Source: a virus
Taxonomy: Duplodnaviria > Caudoviricetes
Virus record (IMG/VR): IMGVR_UViG_3300017785_003578
Coordinates: 1-26,556 of that record
Strand: one strand, 5' to 3'
DNA length: 26,556 bases
This document shows positions 17,611 to 25,493 of the stretch, in pieces. A program made the position numbers and the translations under genes. The notes beneath the pieces were generated by a model. It was given only the letters and a program-made list of their open reading frames with translations. It had not been told where the DNA came from and did not search any database. How positions within the stretch are numbered: position 1 is the stretch's first letter; each line of letters begins with the position of its first letter.

Positions 17611-17838
17611 ATGGCAACTAGAGTTAAGTTTAATACAGGTAAAGAAAAGCATGTAGTTTATAAAAAAACTACTAAAAGAGGTGAAGGTAAAGTTGGTGAC
17701 ATTATGGTTAACCATACAAGTAAAAATAAAGGAACTTACGATACAATTAGTTTGACTAGAACTGCTAAAGCTAAAACTGTTAAACAAGGTGTCAAAGCTG
17801 AAAAAGCTTGGCATAAAAAAAATGACAAAAAGAAATAG
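17611..17838 (+). CDS. Small basic hypothetical protein
   Basis: 75 aa and Lys-rich, tightly packed in the array with a 2-nt gap on either side. Confidence 0.7.
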   Translation: MATRVKFNTGKEKHVVYKKTTKRGEGKVGDIMVNHTSKNKGTYDTISLTRTAKAKTVKQGVKAEKAWHKKNDKKK

Positions 17839-17840
17839 TT

Positions 17841-17969
17841 ATGGCAAAAAAAGTATCTACATCAAATGCAAAAAAATCAGACTGTGCTATTAAGGTTAAA
17901 AAATCTTTTCAAGCAGGATTGAGTATAGGTCGCAATATGAAAAAACCAACTACTAAAAAGAAAGGGTAA
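17841..17969 (+). CDS. Small basic peptide (42 aa), absent from the ORF track
   Basis: MAKKVSTSNAKKSDCAIKVKKSFQAGLSIGRNMKKPTTKKKG. It fills the gap exactly and has a TAATG overlap with the next gene. Confidence 0.7.
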   Translation: MAKKVSTSNAKKSDCAIKVKKSFQAGLSIGRNMKKPTTKKKG

Positions 17970-18241
17970 TGGCAAAGACAGCAGCTTGGACAAGAAAAGA
18001 AGGCAAAGATCCTAAAGGTGGATTAAATGCTAAAGGTGTTGCTTCATATAGAAGAGCAAATCCAGGAAGTAAATTGCAAACTGCAGTTACTACTAAACCG
18101 TCTAAACTTAAAGCTGGCAGCAAAGATGCAAAAAGAAGAAAATCTTTTTGTGCTAGAATGTCTGGAATGCCCGGTCCCGCTAAAAAACCAAACGGTGAGC
18201 CTACAAGAAAAACGCTTGCTTTAAGAAAGTGGAACTGTTAA
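17969..18241 (+). CDS. Small basic protein (DUF6321-like)
   Basis: AWTRKEGKDPKGGLNAKGVASY...KRRKSFCARMSG...LALRKWNC. Family assignment is from memory. Confidence 0.7.
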   Translation: MAKTAAWTRKEGKDPKGGLNAKGVASYRRANPGSKLQTAVTTKPSKLKAGSKDAKRRKSFCARMSGMPGPAKKPNGEPTRKTLALRKWNC

Positions 18242-18251
18242 TATACTAAAT

Positions 18252-18383
18252 ATGGAAAAAAGTAAAAAATTTGTACCGCATCCAATGTATAGTAAATCCG
18301 GAAAAATGATTATGGCTAAAACCATGAAAGATCATTTAGCTTTAAAAGCAAAAGGTTATGGTCATACAAAACCAAAAAAATAA
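18252..18383 (+). CDS. Small basic peptide (43 aa), absent from the ORF track
   Basis: MEKSKKFVPHPMYSKSGKMIMAKTMKDHLALKAKGYGHTKPKK. It has three His residues and fills the gap. Confidence 0.7.
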   Translation: MEKSKKFVPHPMYSKSGKMIMAKTMKDHLALKAKGYGHTKPKK

Positions 18384-18385
18384 AA

Positions 18386-18553
18386 ATGGCAATAAAAAAA
18401 GGAATGGGTTTTAAAGCAGCCCAAAAAGGTATAGCAAAAAAACAAGGTGTTTCTATGGAATCAGCTGGTGCTATTTTAGCATCTGCTGCAAGAAAAGCTT
18501 CTCCTGCCGCAAAGCGTAAAAATCCAAACCTTAAAAAAGTTAAAGGGAAATGA
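18386..18553 (+). CDS. Small basic K/A-rich peptide (55 aa), absent from the ORF track
   Basis: MAIKKGMGFKAAQKGIAKKQGVSMESAGAILASAARKASPAAKRKNPNLKKVKGK. ATGA overlap with the gene at 18550. Confidence 0.7.
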   Translation: MAIKKGMGFKAAQKGIAKKQGVSMESAGAILASAARKASPAAKRKNPNLKKVKGK

Positions 18554-19251
18554 CAAATGACACTATTCAAATAAAAGTCAAACAGCGAATTAATAAATTG
18601 GCTAGTAATGACTATGATAATATTATGCCTTGGCAAATAGTTGAAGCATTTAATAAAGGTCAAGTTGCATGGTGCAGAAGAAACTTAATGGGAACTAATA
18701 TGACTAAGACTGGTGATGAAGCCAGTAAAAGACGTATTGATGATTTACAAGTTCTTCTTTCAGACAAACCATTGCAAATGGTTAAAAAAGATTTGTATTT
18801 TAAATCTCCTACTTTACCTGCAGATTATTTTGAATGGAAAAGACTTTCTGTAAAAGCAAAAAAAGATTGTTGTGAAAATAGACAAATGATGGTTTATCTT
18901 GCTGAAGAAGCAAACGTAGATGAACTATTAAGAGATTATAATAAAAAACCAAATTTTGAATGGGCTGAAACTTTTGCTACAGTTCTAGGAAATAAAATCA
19001 AAGTTTATACAAATAATGATTTTGAATTAGAAAGTGCAATTTTAACATATTACAGACAGCCTCGTAGGATACAGATCCCAGGAGTATCAGATCCATACAC
19101 CGGACTTATATCAACAACAAATGTTGAATGTGAGTTTAAAGATGATTTAGTGGAATTATTTATTGATGAATGTGTAAAAATTTTAGCGGGAGATCTTGAA
19201 GATGTTACTGCCAATCAAATTGCCGATAACTCAGTAGAAACTAATAATTAA
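18550..19251 (+). CDS. Putative head-tail adaptor/tail ring protein
   Basis: 233 aa with an N-terminal helix (IVEAFNKGQ), RIDDLQVLL, LPADYF, LTYYRQP and CEF..DLVELFIDECVKIL. This pattern and the synteny fit crAss-like ring proteins. Confidence 0.65.
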   Translation: MTNDTIQIKVKQRINKLASNDYDNIMPWQIVEAFNKGQVAWCRRNLMGTNMTKTGDEASKRRIDDLQVLLSDKPLQMVKKDLYFKSPTLPADYFEWKRLSVKAKKDCCENRQMMVYLAEEANVDELLRDYNKKPNFEWAETFATVLGNKIKVYTNNDFELESAILTYYRQPRRIQIPGVSDPYTGLISTTNVECEFKDDLVELFIDECVKILAGDLEDVTANQIADNSVETNN

Positions 19252-19258
19252 GAATAAA

Positions 19259-19738
19259 ATGAACTCACCACAAAGAAGTCTATTAAAAAGACCCGCAACT
19301 GCAACAATGCAAAAACCAGTTGCACCTGCCCAAACATATACTAAACCATCAGGTGATCATTGCGTAGAGGAAACTACTGCATGTGTTTGTGAATTAATGA
19401 ATGCTACAATTTCATTTCATAAATTACATTTGAAAGTAGCTGGTCCTGGTGCACACGCTATTCATGTTGCTTTAGGTCCACTATATGAAGAACTACCCGG
19501 TTTAACAGATACTATTACAGAAGCATATCAAGGAGCAGCTGAAAGAATTTTAATGCTTCCTGATTGTTGTCCAAGAAGTCTTAATTCTGTAGAAGAAGCT
19601 ATAGTTTATATTAGAGAAATTTATGATATGATTTGTGCTTTACAAGATATTATGTGTTTCTCAGAAATAAGTAATGAACTTGATAATGTAAAAAGATTAT
19701 TGTCATCAACAAAATACAAACTTTTATTTTTAAAATAA
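19259..19738 (+). CDS. Dps/ferritin-like four-helix-bundle protein (DUF5856-like)
   Basis: FHKLHLKVAGPGAHAIHVALGPLYEELPGLTDTITEAYQG parallels the Dps ferroxidase signature H-x-x-V-x-G...H...LY...D-x-x-x-E. Ends in TKYKLLFLK. Confidence 0.75.
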   Translation: MNSPQRSLLKRPATATMQKPVAPAQTYTKPSGDHCVEETTACVCELMNATISFHKLHLKVAGPGAHAIHVALGPLYEELPGLTDTITEAYQGAAERILMLPDCCPRSLNSVEEAIVYIREIYDMICALQDIMCFSEISNELDNVKRLLSSTKYKLLFLK

Positions 19739-19751
19739 TTTGCATTAAGTG

Positions 19752-19782
19752 TTGCACAAGTGAATTATTTTTGCTATATTGA
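19752..19782 (+). promoter_or_regulatory. Putative promoter (TTG-N20-TATATTGA)
   Basis: TTGCAC at 19752 and TATATT at 19775, the same geometry as 1828-1858. Confidence 0.55.
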
Positions 19783-19814
19783 ATATATTGTTTATTAATT
19801 AAAAAAAAAGAAAA

Positions 19815-21413
19815 ATGAGTTATTTTAATCATGCTTACCGCAAATCATTTGTCGGAACAAAAGCAACCCAAGCTGCCATAGTAGGCACACAAAACGCGGT
19901 CAATGTCGGACTTTTGTTAGATGCAGGTGTACCAACATCAGCTTTAGCAAATGCCGCAGCACCAAACGGATTAGGAGTAGGAACATACGGATTTTTTGAT
20001 CCTAACAACTACTTGTCAGTAAATAATGCTTCTGCTCAAGTAACACAGGGTAGACCATTAGTTTTTGCTGCAGCATCTTTGTTTACTGATGACAAAATTG
20101 GACCATTCCACGGAGGGTACAAAGAGTCTAACAAATCAAAGATGATCAATCCTAGATTTGTTCACAAAGTGTTTAAATCAACAGGTGCTGGACCAGAACA
20201 ATCTATTTGGCATTTAGGTAACACAAACTACAATTCTGATTCAATTGCAACTTTAGGTGCTCTTACAGGAGGTACAGGTTACACCAATGGTACTTACACT
20301 AACGTTGCTCTTTTAGATAACGGTGCTGGTGTTGGTGCATTTGCTACTGTAGTAGTAGCTGGTGGTAGTGTTACTTCAATCACAATTACTCAACCTGGTC
20401 AAGGATATGCAGTTGGTGATGTTTTAACATTACCTACGTCTGTTCCTTATACTCCAGGTACTCCTGCATCTATTCCAGTTGCAACAATTAAATATAATAC
20501 AGCGGGAACTAACCCATGTAAATTTGATTTTGTATGTGGAGAAACTTATAATCTTCGTATAGATTTATGGGGTTCGCCAGTATTGCGTTACTTAAATCAT
20601 GACTTGTACAAAACTTTTGCAGCTTATACAGGTTGTTGTCCAGCAGGTACAATTGTACCAGCAAAAGTTGATTCTACATTAGTAATGATCAATTGGGCTA
20701 ACCAAATTGTAAATGATGTATGGTTGCAGTACTTTGTTCGTCCAATCGTTTATACTCAAACAGGTGTTCCATTATTTGCTACAGCTGCTGAAGCAGTTGC
20801 TGCAGGTTTCCCAGGAACTAATGTATGGTCAACTTATGTATCTCCAGGATATATTACTGGTGCATTAGCTGGTATCCGTTTAATTGGAGCTTATGTTGAA
20901 ACTAAATTTGGTAACTGTTCATTCCAAAATTCTGATTTCTATGAGAAAGAAGTTATTCAAATGAACTTATCATTAACAGATTTAACTGGTGATCCATGTG
21001 ATTTCTCTGCTCTTTGTGCAACTAAAGAATATGCAGGATTTGCTGGACAAGGTTATGGTGAAACTGTATTGCGTGATGTGATTCTTGATGAGTCATACTT
21101 ACAAAATCATTTCTCTGATGATCCTCGTATTCGTGAGATCACTCAAGGAAATCAGTATTTCAATGCTGTTAACCGTAATCAATTGTACACGCGCTATGTA
21201 ATCCAACACAGTGTTCCTCGTTACAACAACCCTAGTGGTGTTTATGATGATGATCAGTATGCATTAAACATTTATGTAACTGCTGCAACTGCAACTGCAC
21301 TTGAGCAATTGTTACAAACTTGGTTAACTGCAGTTGGTGTATGGACTACACTTGCACCTGCAGGTACTATTCAAACATTTGGTCACACTGCTTACACACC
21401 AGCAGCAATCTAA
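19815..21413 (+). CDS. Abundant virion structural protein, putative auxiliary capsid/decoration protein with an inserted beta-rich domain
   Basis: 532 aa with its own putative promoter and terminator and MCP-like codon bias (CGT Arg). The C-terminal GQGYGETV...Y....YVIQH pattern and the synteny fit crAss-like auxiliary capsid proteins. Confidence 0.6.
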   Translation: MSYFNHAYRKSFVGTKATQAAIVGTQNAVNVGLLLDAGVPTSALANAAAPNGLGVGTYGFFDPNNYLSVNNASAQVTQGRPLVFAAASLFTDDKIGPFHGGYKESNKSKMINPRFVHKVFKSTGAGPEQSIWHLGNTNYNSDSIATLGALTGGTGYTNGTYTNVALLDNGAGVGAFATVVVAGGSVTSITITQPGQGYAVGDVLTLPTSVPYTPGTPASIPVATIKYNTAGTNPCKFDFVCGETYNLRIDLWGSPVLRYLNHDLYKTFAAYTGCCPAGTIVPAKVDSTLVMINWANQIVNDVWLQYFVRPIVYTQTGVPLFATAAEAVAAGFPGTNVWSTYVSPGYITGALAGIRLIGAYVETKFGNCSFQNSDFYEKEVIQMNLSLTDLTGDPCDFSALCATKEYAGFAGQGYGETVLRDVILDESYLQNHFSDDPRIREITQGNQYFNAVNRNQLYTRYVIQHSVPRYNNPSGVYDDDQYALNIYVTAATATALEQLLQTWLTAVGVWTTLAPAGTIQTFGHTAYTPAAI

Positions 21414-21433
21414 GACCGAAGTTATATCTTCCT

Positions 21434-21474
21434 AAAATGGAGAATAGAGTCTTTCTCTGTTCTCCATTTTTTTT
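21434..21474 (+). terminator. Rho-independent terminator
   Basis: AAAATGGAGAATAGAG-TCTTT-CTCTGTTCTCCATTTT (one G-U pair), ending in a T8 run. Confidence 0.85.
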
Positions 21475-21486
21475 AAATAAAATCTT

Positions 21487-22047
21487 ATGGCAACAAATTC
21501 ATTAAGTTTAAATATTCCAAACATTATGACTGATTGTGTTCTTCGCATAGAAGACACAAGCGTGTATGATTTACTCATGCCTTATGTTTGCCCTACTGTC
21601 CAAGTGTTAGTACCTGGATACAAAGATTGTGTTACTTTAAATGATACCACTTTTCCTCCAATTTACAAAGGGTTCATTCTTAACTTGACCGCTTGTAATT
21701 TAAACATACAAACTGAATGTTGTGGAACTGAGTTTCATTCATTGCCTGATGGTATTTATGTTATTAAATATGCTTTATCTCCGCATGATAAAATGTATGT
21801 TGAATACAATCATTTGCGTGTTACAGCTTTAAGAAAGAAATTAAAAGAAGAATGGTGCAAACTCAAATTGAGTGCATGTGAACCAATTCCAGAAACTAAG
21901 AGTAAATTTTTATCTTTGATGGAGATCACTGGTTATATAGATGCAGCTCAAGCAAAAGCTGAGTATTGTTTAGACCATGAACAAGCAATGGTTTTATATA
22001 ACTATGCTAAAAAATTGTTAGATAATTATTCATGTAAACTTTGTTAA
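21487..22047 (+). CDS. Putative tail hub/fibre-attachment structural protein, Cys-rich
   Basis: Ig-like N-terminal half with IEDTSVY and LPDGIYVIKY, and a helical C-terminal half ending CKLC. It follows the auxiliary-capsid-like gene. Confidence 0.55.
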   Translation: MATNSLSLNIPNIMTDCVLRIEDTSVYDLLMPYVCPTVQVLVPGYKDCVTLNDTTFPPIYKGFILNLTACNLNIQTECCGTEFHSLPDGIYVIKYALSPHDKMYVEYNHLRVTALRKKLKEEWCKLKLSACEPIPETKSKFLSLMEITGYIDAAQAKAEYCLDHEQAMVLYNYAKKLLDNYSCKLC

Positions 22048-22048
22048 A

Positions 22049-22189
22049 ATGGCTCAAAATTGTCAAAATTGTGGAGTATGTACTTGTACAGGAACATACA
22101 TTGTAAATGCATCAAATGGTAAATCTTGTTGCACTGCTTGCGTTAACACAGTCAATCAGCAAATTGCTGAAGGACAAATAAAAAAATAA
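22049..22189 (+). CDS. Tiny Cys-rich peptide (46 aa, 7 Cys), absent from the ORF track
   Basis: MAQNCQNCGVCTCTGTYIVNASNGKSCCTACVNTVNQQIAEGQIKK. It fills the gap, leaving 1- and 3-nt spacers. Confidence 0.7.
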   Translation: MAQNCQNCGVCTCTGTYIVNASNGKSCCTACVNTVNQQIAEGQIKK

Positions 22190-22192
22190 TCA

Positions 22193-22981
22193 ATGACTGT
22201 AACTGCAAATACCCCAGAAGAAAGATACCAATTAACTTGTTGTTCAACAGGCGAAGCATTAACTGTAAATGGTTTACCCGGAGTATTTGTATTTCAAGGT
22301 TTAACAAGTAATGCTAATCATCCAGATGATTTTTTAGAAGTTGTTTTAACAACTATTAAAGACATTAATGCAAATGTAATTACAGGTTGCTACCGTGTAA
22401 CAGAAGCAGAATGTTTTGAAGAATGGGAAGAAATAGCATGGCAAGACTTTTTTGTTGAAACTGAGTGTGTAGATACTTGTCAAGAATGTTTACCAAAACC
22501 GGTAATAATTCCCCCAGTTACAAATCACAAAATTATTTATCCTGACTTCATAGTAAATAATGCTGAACCTTTTGATGCAGAACAAATCTTTTGCGCATTT
22601 GGAGATGCTAATTATGAAAAGGTTTTAGCATTAAGATATGGAATACAATTCTGTTGTCCTACAGATCTAATGCAAGCTACAATAGAACATGAGATTTTAA
22701 AAATGGATATTGCAGAAGATCCTAATGCATGTTGTCCGGTAGCTCCACTTCCAGGAACATGTAAAAAATATTCAGTTATTATTCCTGTTAGTGTAGAAGG
22801 ATGGTTGTACTTTAAGGACTGTAGAAACATTGTCAGAACAGTAATGTTTCATTCAGCTAGTACGCCTTATGAAATTTTTGTATGTGGAATAGCAGGACAA
22901 ACCTCATCTGATATTTACATTCTTGCAAATAATCAGAGCTTACTTCAAGTGCAATTTTCCCAAGGAATAGATTGCAACTAA
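22193..22981 (+). CDS. Cys-rich hypothetical virion protein
   Basis: 262 aa with TCCS, CVDTCQEC, RYGIQFCCP and ACCP. Confidence 0.65.
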   Translation: MTVTANTPEERYQLTCCSTGEALTVNGLPGVFVFQGLTSNANHPDDFLEVVLTTIKDINANVITGCYRVTEAECFEEWEEIAWQDFFVETECVDTCQECLPKPVIIPPVTNHKIIYPDFIVNNAEPFDAEQIFCAFGDANYEKVLALRYGIQFCCPTDLMQATIEHEILKMDIAEDPNACCPVAPLPGTCKKYSVIIPVSVEGWLYFKDCRNIVRTVMFHSASTPYEIFVCGIAGQTSSDIYILANNQSLLQVQFSQGIDCN

Positions 22982-23007
22982 AATTAGGAAATTAAATTAA
23001 AAATTTG

Positions 23008-23015
23008 TATATTAT
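23008..23015 (+). promoter_or_regulatory. TATATTAT -7-like element, 5 nt before the ATG at 23021
   Basis: Same octamer as at 1851 and 12815, in an intergenic position. Confidence 0.45.
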
Positions 23016-23020
23016 TAGCT

Positions 23021-23533
23021 ATGGGAAAGCCAACAAATACTAGAAGTTCTGGATGTGCTGTAACAACAAGTAACTGTGTTGTATGGCAAGGACCAGATTT
23101 ATGTTGTATCAACTTATGTCATGGTGATACAATTAGCGATGTTATTAATGAATTAGCTAAAAAGATTTGCAAAATCTTTGAAATGCTGGATGTTCAATCT
23201 TACGACTTATCTGAATTAATAAGTACAGAATGTCCACCAGCAAATTTTGTTGAGCTTATTCAATTGCTTATTGACACAATTGCAAAAATTAAACTAGTAT
23301 CACCTACAACAACAGGAGTTGCTAATGGTTGTCCTGATTGCGAGATGGCAGTAGCTACATGTTTCCAACAACAATACGGAACAGTTATGTCAATGACTGA
23401 TTACATAACTGCTATTGGTGTTAAATTATGTGATCAACAACTATTGATTCAAACACAAAATAATGCATTAGCTCAAATGCAACAACAAATTGCTGCATTG
23501 CAAACACAAGTTAATCTTTTAATAGGCGGATAA
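23021..23533 (+). CDS. Cys-rich fibre-associated protein with C-terminal coiled coil
   Basis: N-terminal SNCVVWQGPDLCCINLCHGDTISDVINELA motif and Q-rich heptads at the C-terminus. Confidence 0.65.
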   Translation: MGKPTNTRSSGCAVTTSNCVVWQGPDLCCINLCHGDTISDVINELAKKICKIFEMLDVQSYDLSELISTECPPANFVELIQLLIDTIAKIKLVSPTTTGVANGCPDCEMAVATCFQQQYGTVMSMTDYITAIGVKLCDQQLLIQTQNNALAQMQQQIAALQTQVNLLIGG

Positions 23534-23534
23534 G

Positions 23535-24158
23535 ATGAAAAAAAAATGTGTATCTACAAATAATGCTATTACGTTGACATCTCATATTGAATGTCCAACT
23601 GCGGCATTAACAACGCCAAGTTGTGTAAATCCAATTTTATATATCATTGATGAAGCAATTATTTCTTCTACAAAAAATAACACAACTCTATTAACAGAAA
23701 TACTTTTATTATTAAATGCAGGAGTGTCTGTTACAAACTCAAATAAATTTTGTTGTCCTTCATGTGATGATATATATTACTTAGGTACTTTATCTACATT
23801 CATGACATCTTTGGATGACCTACTTCCTAATTTGAAATGTTGTTATAATTATACAGGCCCAGCATCACCCGCAGCATTAACTACTTTGCAGTTATTACCT
23901 TGTTGTGATACTAATTTTATTGATTGTGTTTCTGCTATTAATAACGGAGGTTCGGTTATTACAACTGGTCTTTTTGAATATAACTCTATGAACAATGAGT
24001 CATCTTTATGTATAATAAATGATTACTTATTGTCTGCTGGATATTATGATGTTGCTGCAACATTAACTGGAATGTTTAATGCAGGCATTGTTGTAAAATG
24101 TGATGGATGTAATATGTTCATAGGATCAGCTAATGCATATTTTACTATTTATTTATAA
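23535..24158 (+). CDS. Cys-rich hypothetical protein, paralog A
   Basis: Shares collinear motifs with 24170..24895 (CVNPILY, CCPSC, CCDTNF, GIVVKC). Confidence 0.7.
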   Translation: MKKKCVSTNNAITLTSHIECPTAALTTPSCVNPILYIIDEAIISSTKNNTTLLTEILLLLNAGVSVTNSNKFCCPSCDDIYYLGTLSTFMTSLDDLLPNLKCCYNYTGPASPAALTTLQLLPCCDTNFIDCVSAINNGGSVITTGLFEYNSMNNESSLCIINDYLLSAGYYDVAATLTGMFNAGIVVKCDGCNMFIGSANAYFTIYL

Positions 24159-24169
24159 ATTAAAAAAAG

Positions 24170-24895
24170 ATGAGTTGTAAAAAATGTAAAACAAGTAAAT
24201 GTACATGTGAAGTTACTACATGTATTAATCCTTTAATCTACATGATTAAAGAAGCTTTTGCATTGGTAGGAACAGAAACAAACAATTTATCAGCAATGAC
24301 AACTTTGTCTGGAATTTCTGTTAATTTTCCAGTTCCTGTACCTCCACCTGCCAAATATACATATACATTACCTTTAGCATTAACACAAGTTTTAACTGCA
24401 GGTATATCAATCTCAAACAATAAAAATCTTTGTTGTCCTGATTGTAGATCTGGTTTGTATTTTGTTGGAGATGATGCATTAGTTTTAAATTTAATTCAAG
24501 ATAGTACAATTTCAGATATTTGTTGTATTGAACATTTAAGTTCAGTTTCAAGATGGTCTACTGTTTTAGCTGCATGGGTTTTAAAATACACAACTCAACC
24601 AAAATGTTGCGATACAGATTTTTCTGAAGCAGCTGAACTTTGGGTACAAGCATCTAGTGCTGCTACTAATTATTTTTATTTAAGTAGCATTACTCAAAAT
24701 GGTATTTTTGAAACTTCATCATTTAATAATTATAGCGGTATTGGTATTTTATTTAATTACTTGCAACTTAATCATCCAGAATTAACTGCGAGTGATTATT
24801 TAAATTTATTAGGGATAATAGCAAATTTGGGAATTGTTGTTAAATGTAGTGATTGTTCTATGTCTATTAGTTCAGTATCAACTTATATTGGATAG
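24170..24895 (+). CDS. Cys-rich hypothetical protein, paralog B
   Basis: CINPLIY, CCPDC, CCDTDF and GIVVKC, with N-terminus MSCKKCKTSKCTC. Confidence 0.7.
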   Translation: MSCKKCKTSKCTCEVTTCINPLIYMIKEAFALVGTETNNLSAMTTLSGISVNFPVPVPPPAKYTYTLPLALTQVLTAGISISNNKNLCCPDCRSGLYFVGDDALVLNLIQDSTISDICCIEHLSSVSRWSTVLAAWVLKYTTQPKCCDTDFSEAAELWVQASSAATNYFYLSSITQNGIFETSSFNNYSGIGILFNYLQLNHPELTASDYLNLLGIIANLGIVVKCSDCSMSISSVSTYIG

Positions 24896-24917
24896 TCAAT
24901 ATTAAAAAATATATAAA

Positions 24918-25475
24918 ATGGGATGTTCATCTTGTCAACAAAATAATCATGTAGTACCAAGTACACATGCACACAATCATTCATCGCACACACATTGTGA
25001 ATGCGCATGTGGTTGTTCAGAACCTGTATGCCCTACTCCGCAGCCATGTACGGAGATTACAGACAGCAAGTGTACAATTTATACCGATGCAGCAATTAAA
25101 TGTGGCAATGCTACTGTTGTTGCACAAGGCGCATCTGTTTCTACAGCTTTAAATCAAGTTGTAAATTATTTTTGCACTCAATCAAGTTTAGTAACTACGG
25201 CAAACATTTCATGTGGGAGTACAGTAATTGTATCTGCAGGGCTGACTATGCAACAAGCATTAGCTGCTGTAGTACAGTACATTTGTAATATTCCATTAAC
25301 TCCAACTCAAATAGTTCCATCATCTGTATGGGGAAATGGATTTACAGTAGTAGGATGTATTGATGCAGACTTAGTATTGCCGGCTAATGTAAACTTGACG
25401 CACCCAACACCACTAGCAATGTGTGTGGGTAGAATATTAACTATTCCTGTTAGCACAACTTTAACAATAATATAA
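24918..25475 (+). CDS. Cys/His-rich fibre adaptor-like protein with an internal repeat
   Basis: N-terminus MGCSSC...HAHNHSSHTHCECACGC, two ~30-aa repeats (IKCGNATVV..G.SV..AL..VVNYFC and ISCGSTVIV..G..M..AL..VVQYIC), and C-terminus LTIPVSTTLTII. Confidence 0.65.
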   Translation: MGCSSCQQNNHVVPSTHAHNHSSHTHCECACGCSEPVCPTPQPCTEITDSKCTIYTDAAIKCGNATVVAQGASVSTALNQVVNYFCTQSSLVTTANISCGSTVIVSAGLTMQQALAAVVQYICNIPLTPTQIVPSSVWGNGFTVVGCIDADLVLPANVNLTHPTPLAMCVGRILTIPVSTTLTII

Positions 25476-25493
25476 ATTTAAAAACAAAATAAA

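Noticed and set aside
19815-21413. Tail sheath protein of a myovirus
   Set aside because: Despite the size and the GxGY insert, no sheath C-terminal motifs, tube gene or baseplate genes were recognised. The synteny fits a crAss-like podovirus better.
1850-24551. All minus-strand ORFs in the track (e.g. 1850-2104, 13944-14306, 17356-17814, 18316-18663)
   Set aside because: They lie antisense to well-supported + strand genes. Their F/L/S-rich composition is the mirror of Lys-rich sense codons, and they show no motifs.
12288-25288. Alternative-frame + strand ORFs (12288-12521, 18027-18224, 21320-21505, 24967-25152, 25100-25288)
   Set aside because: They are nested in real genes or run through a terminator. 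The apparent Cys-richness of 25100-25288 arises from off-frame reading of GCT/GTT codons.
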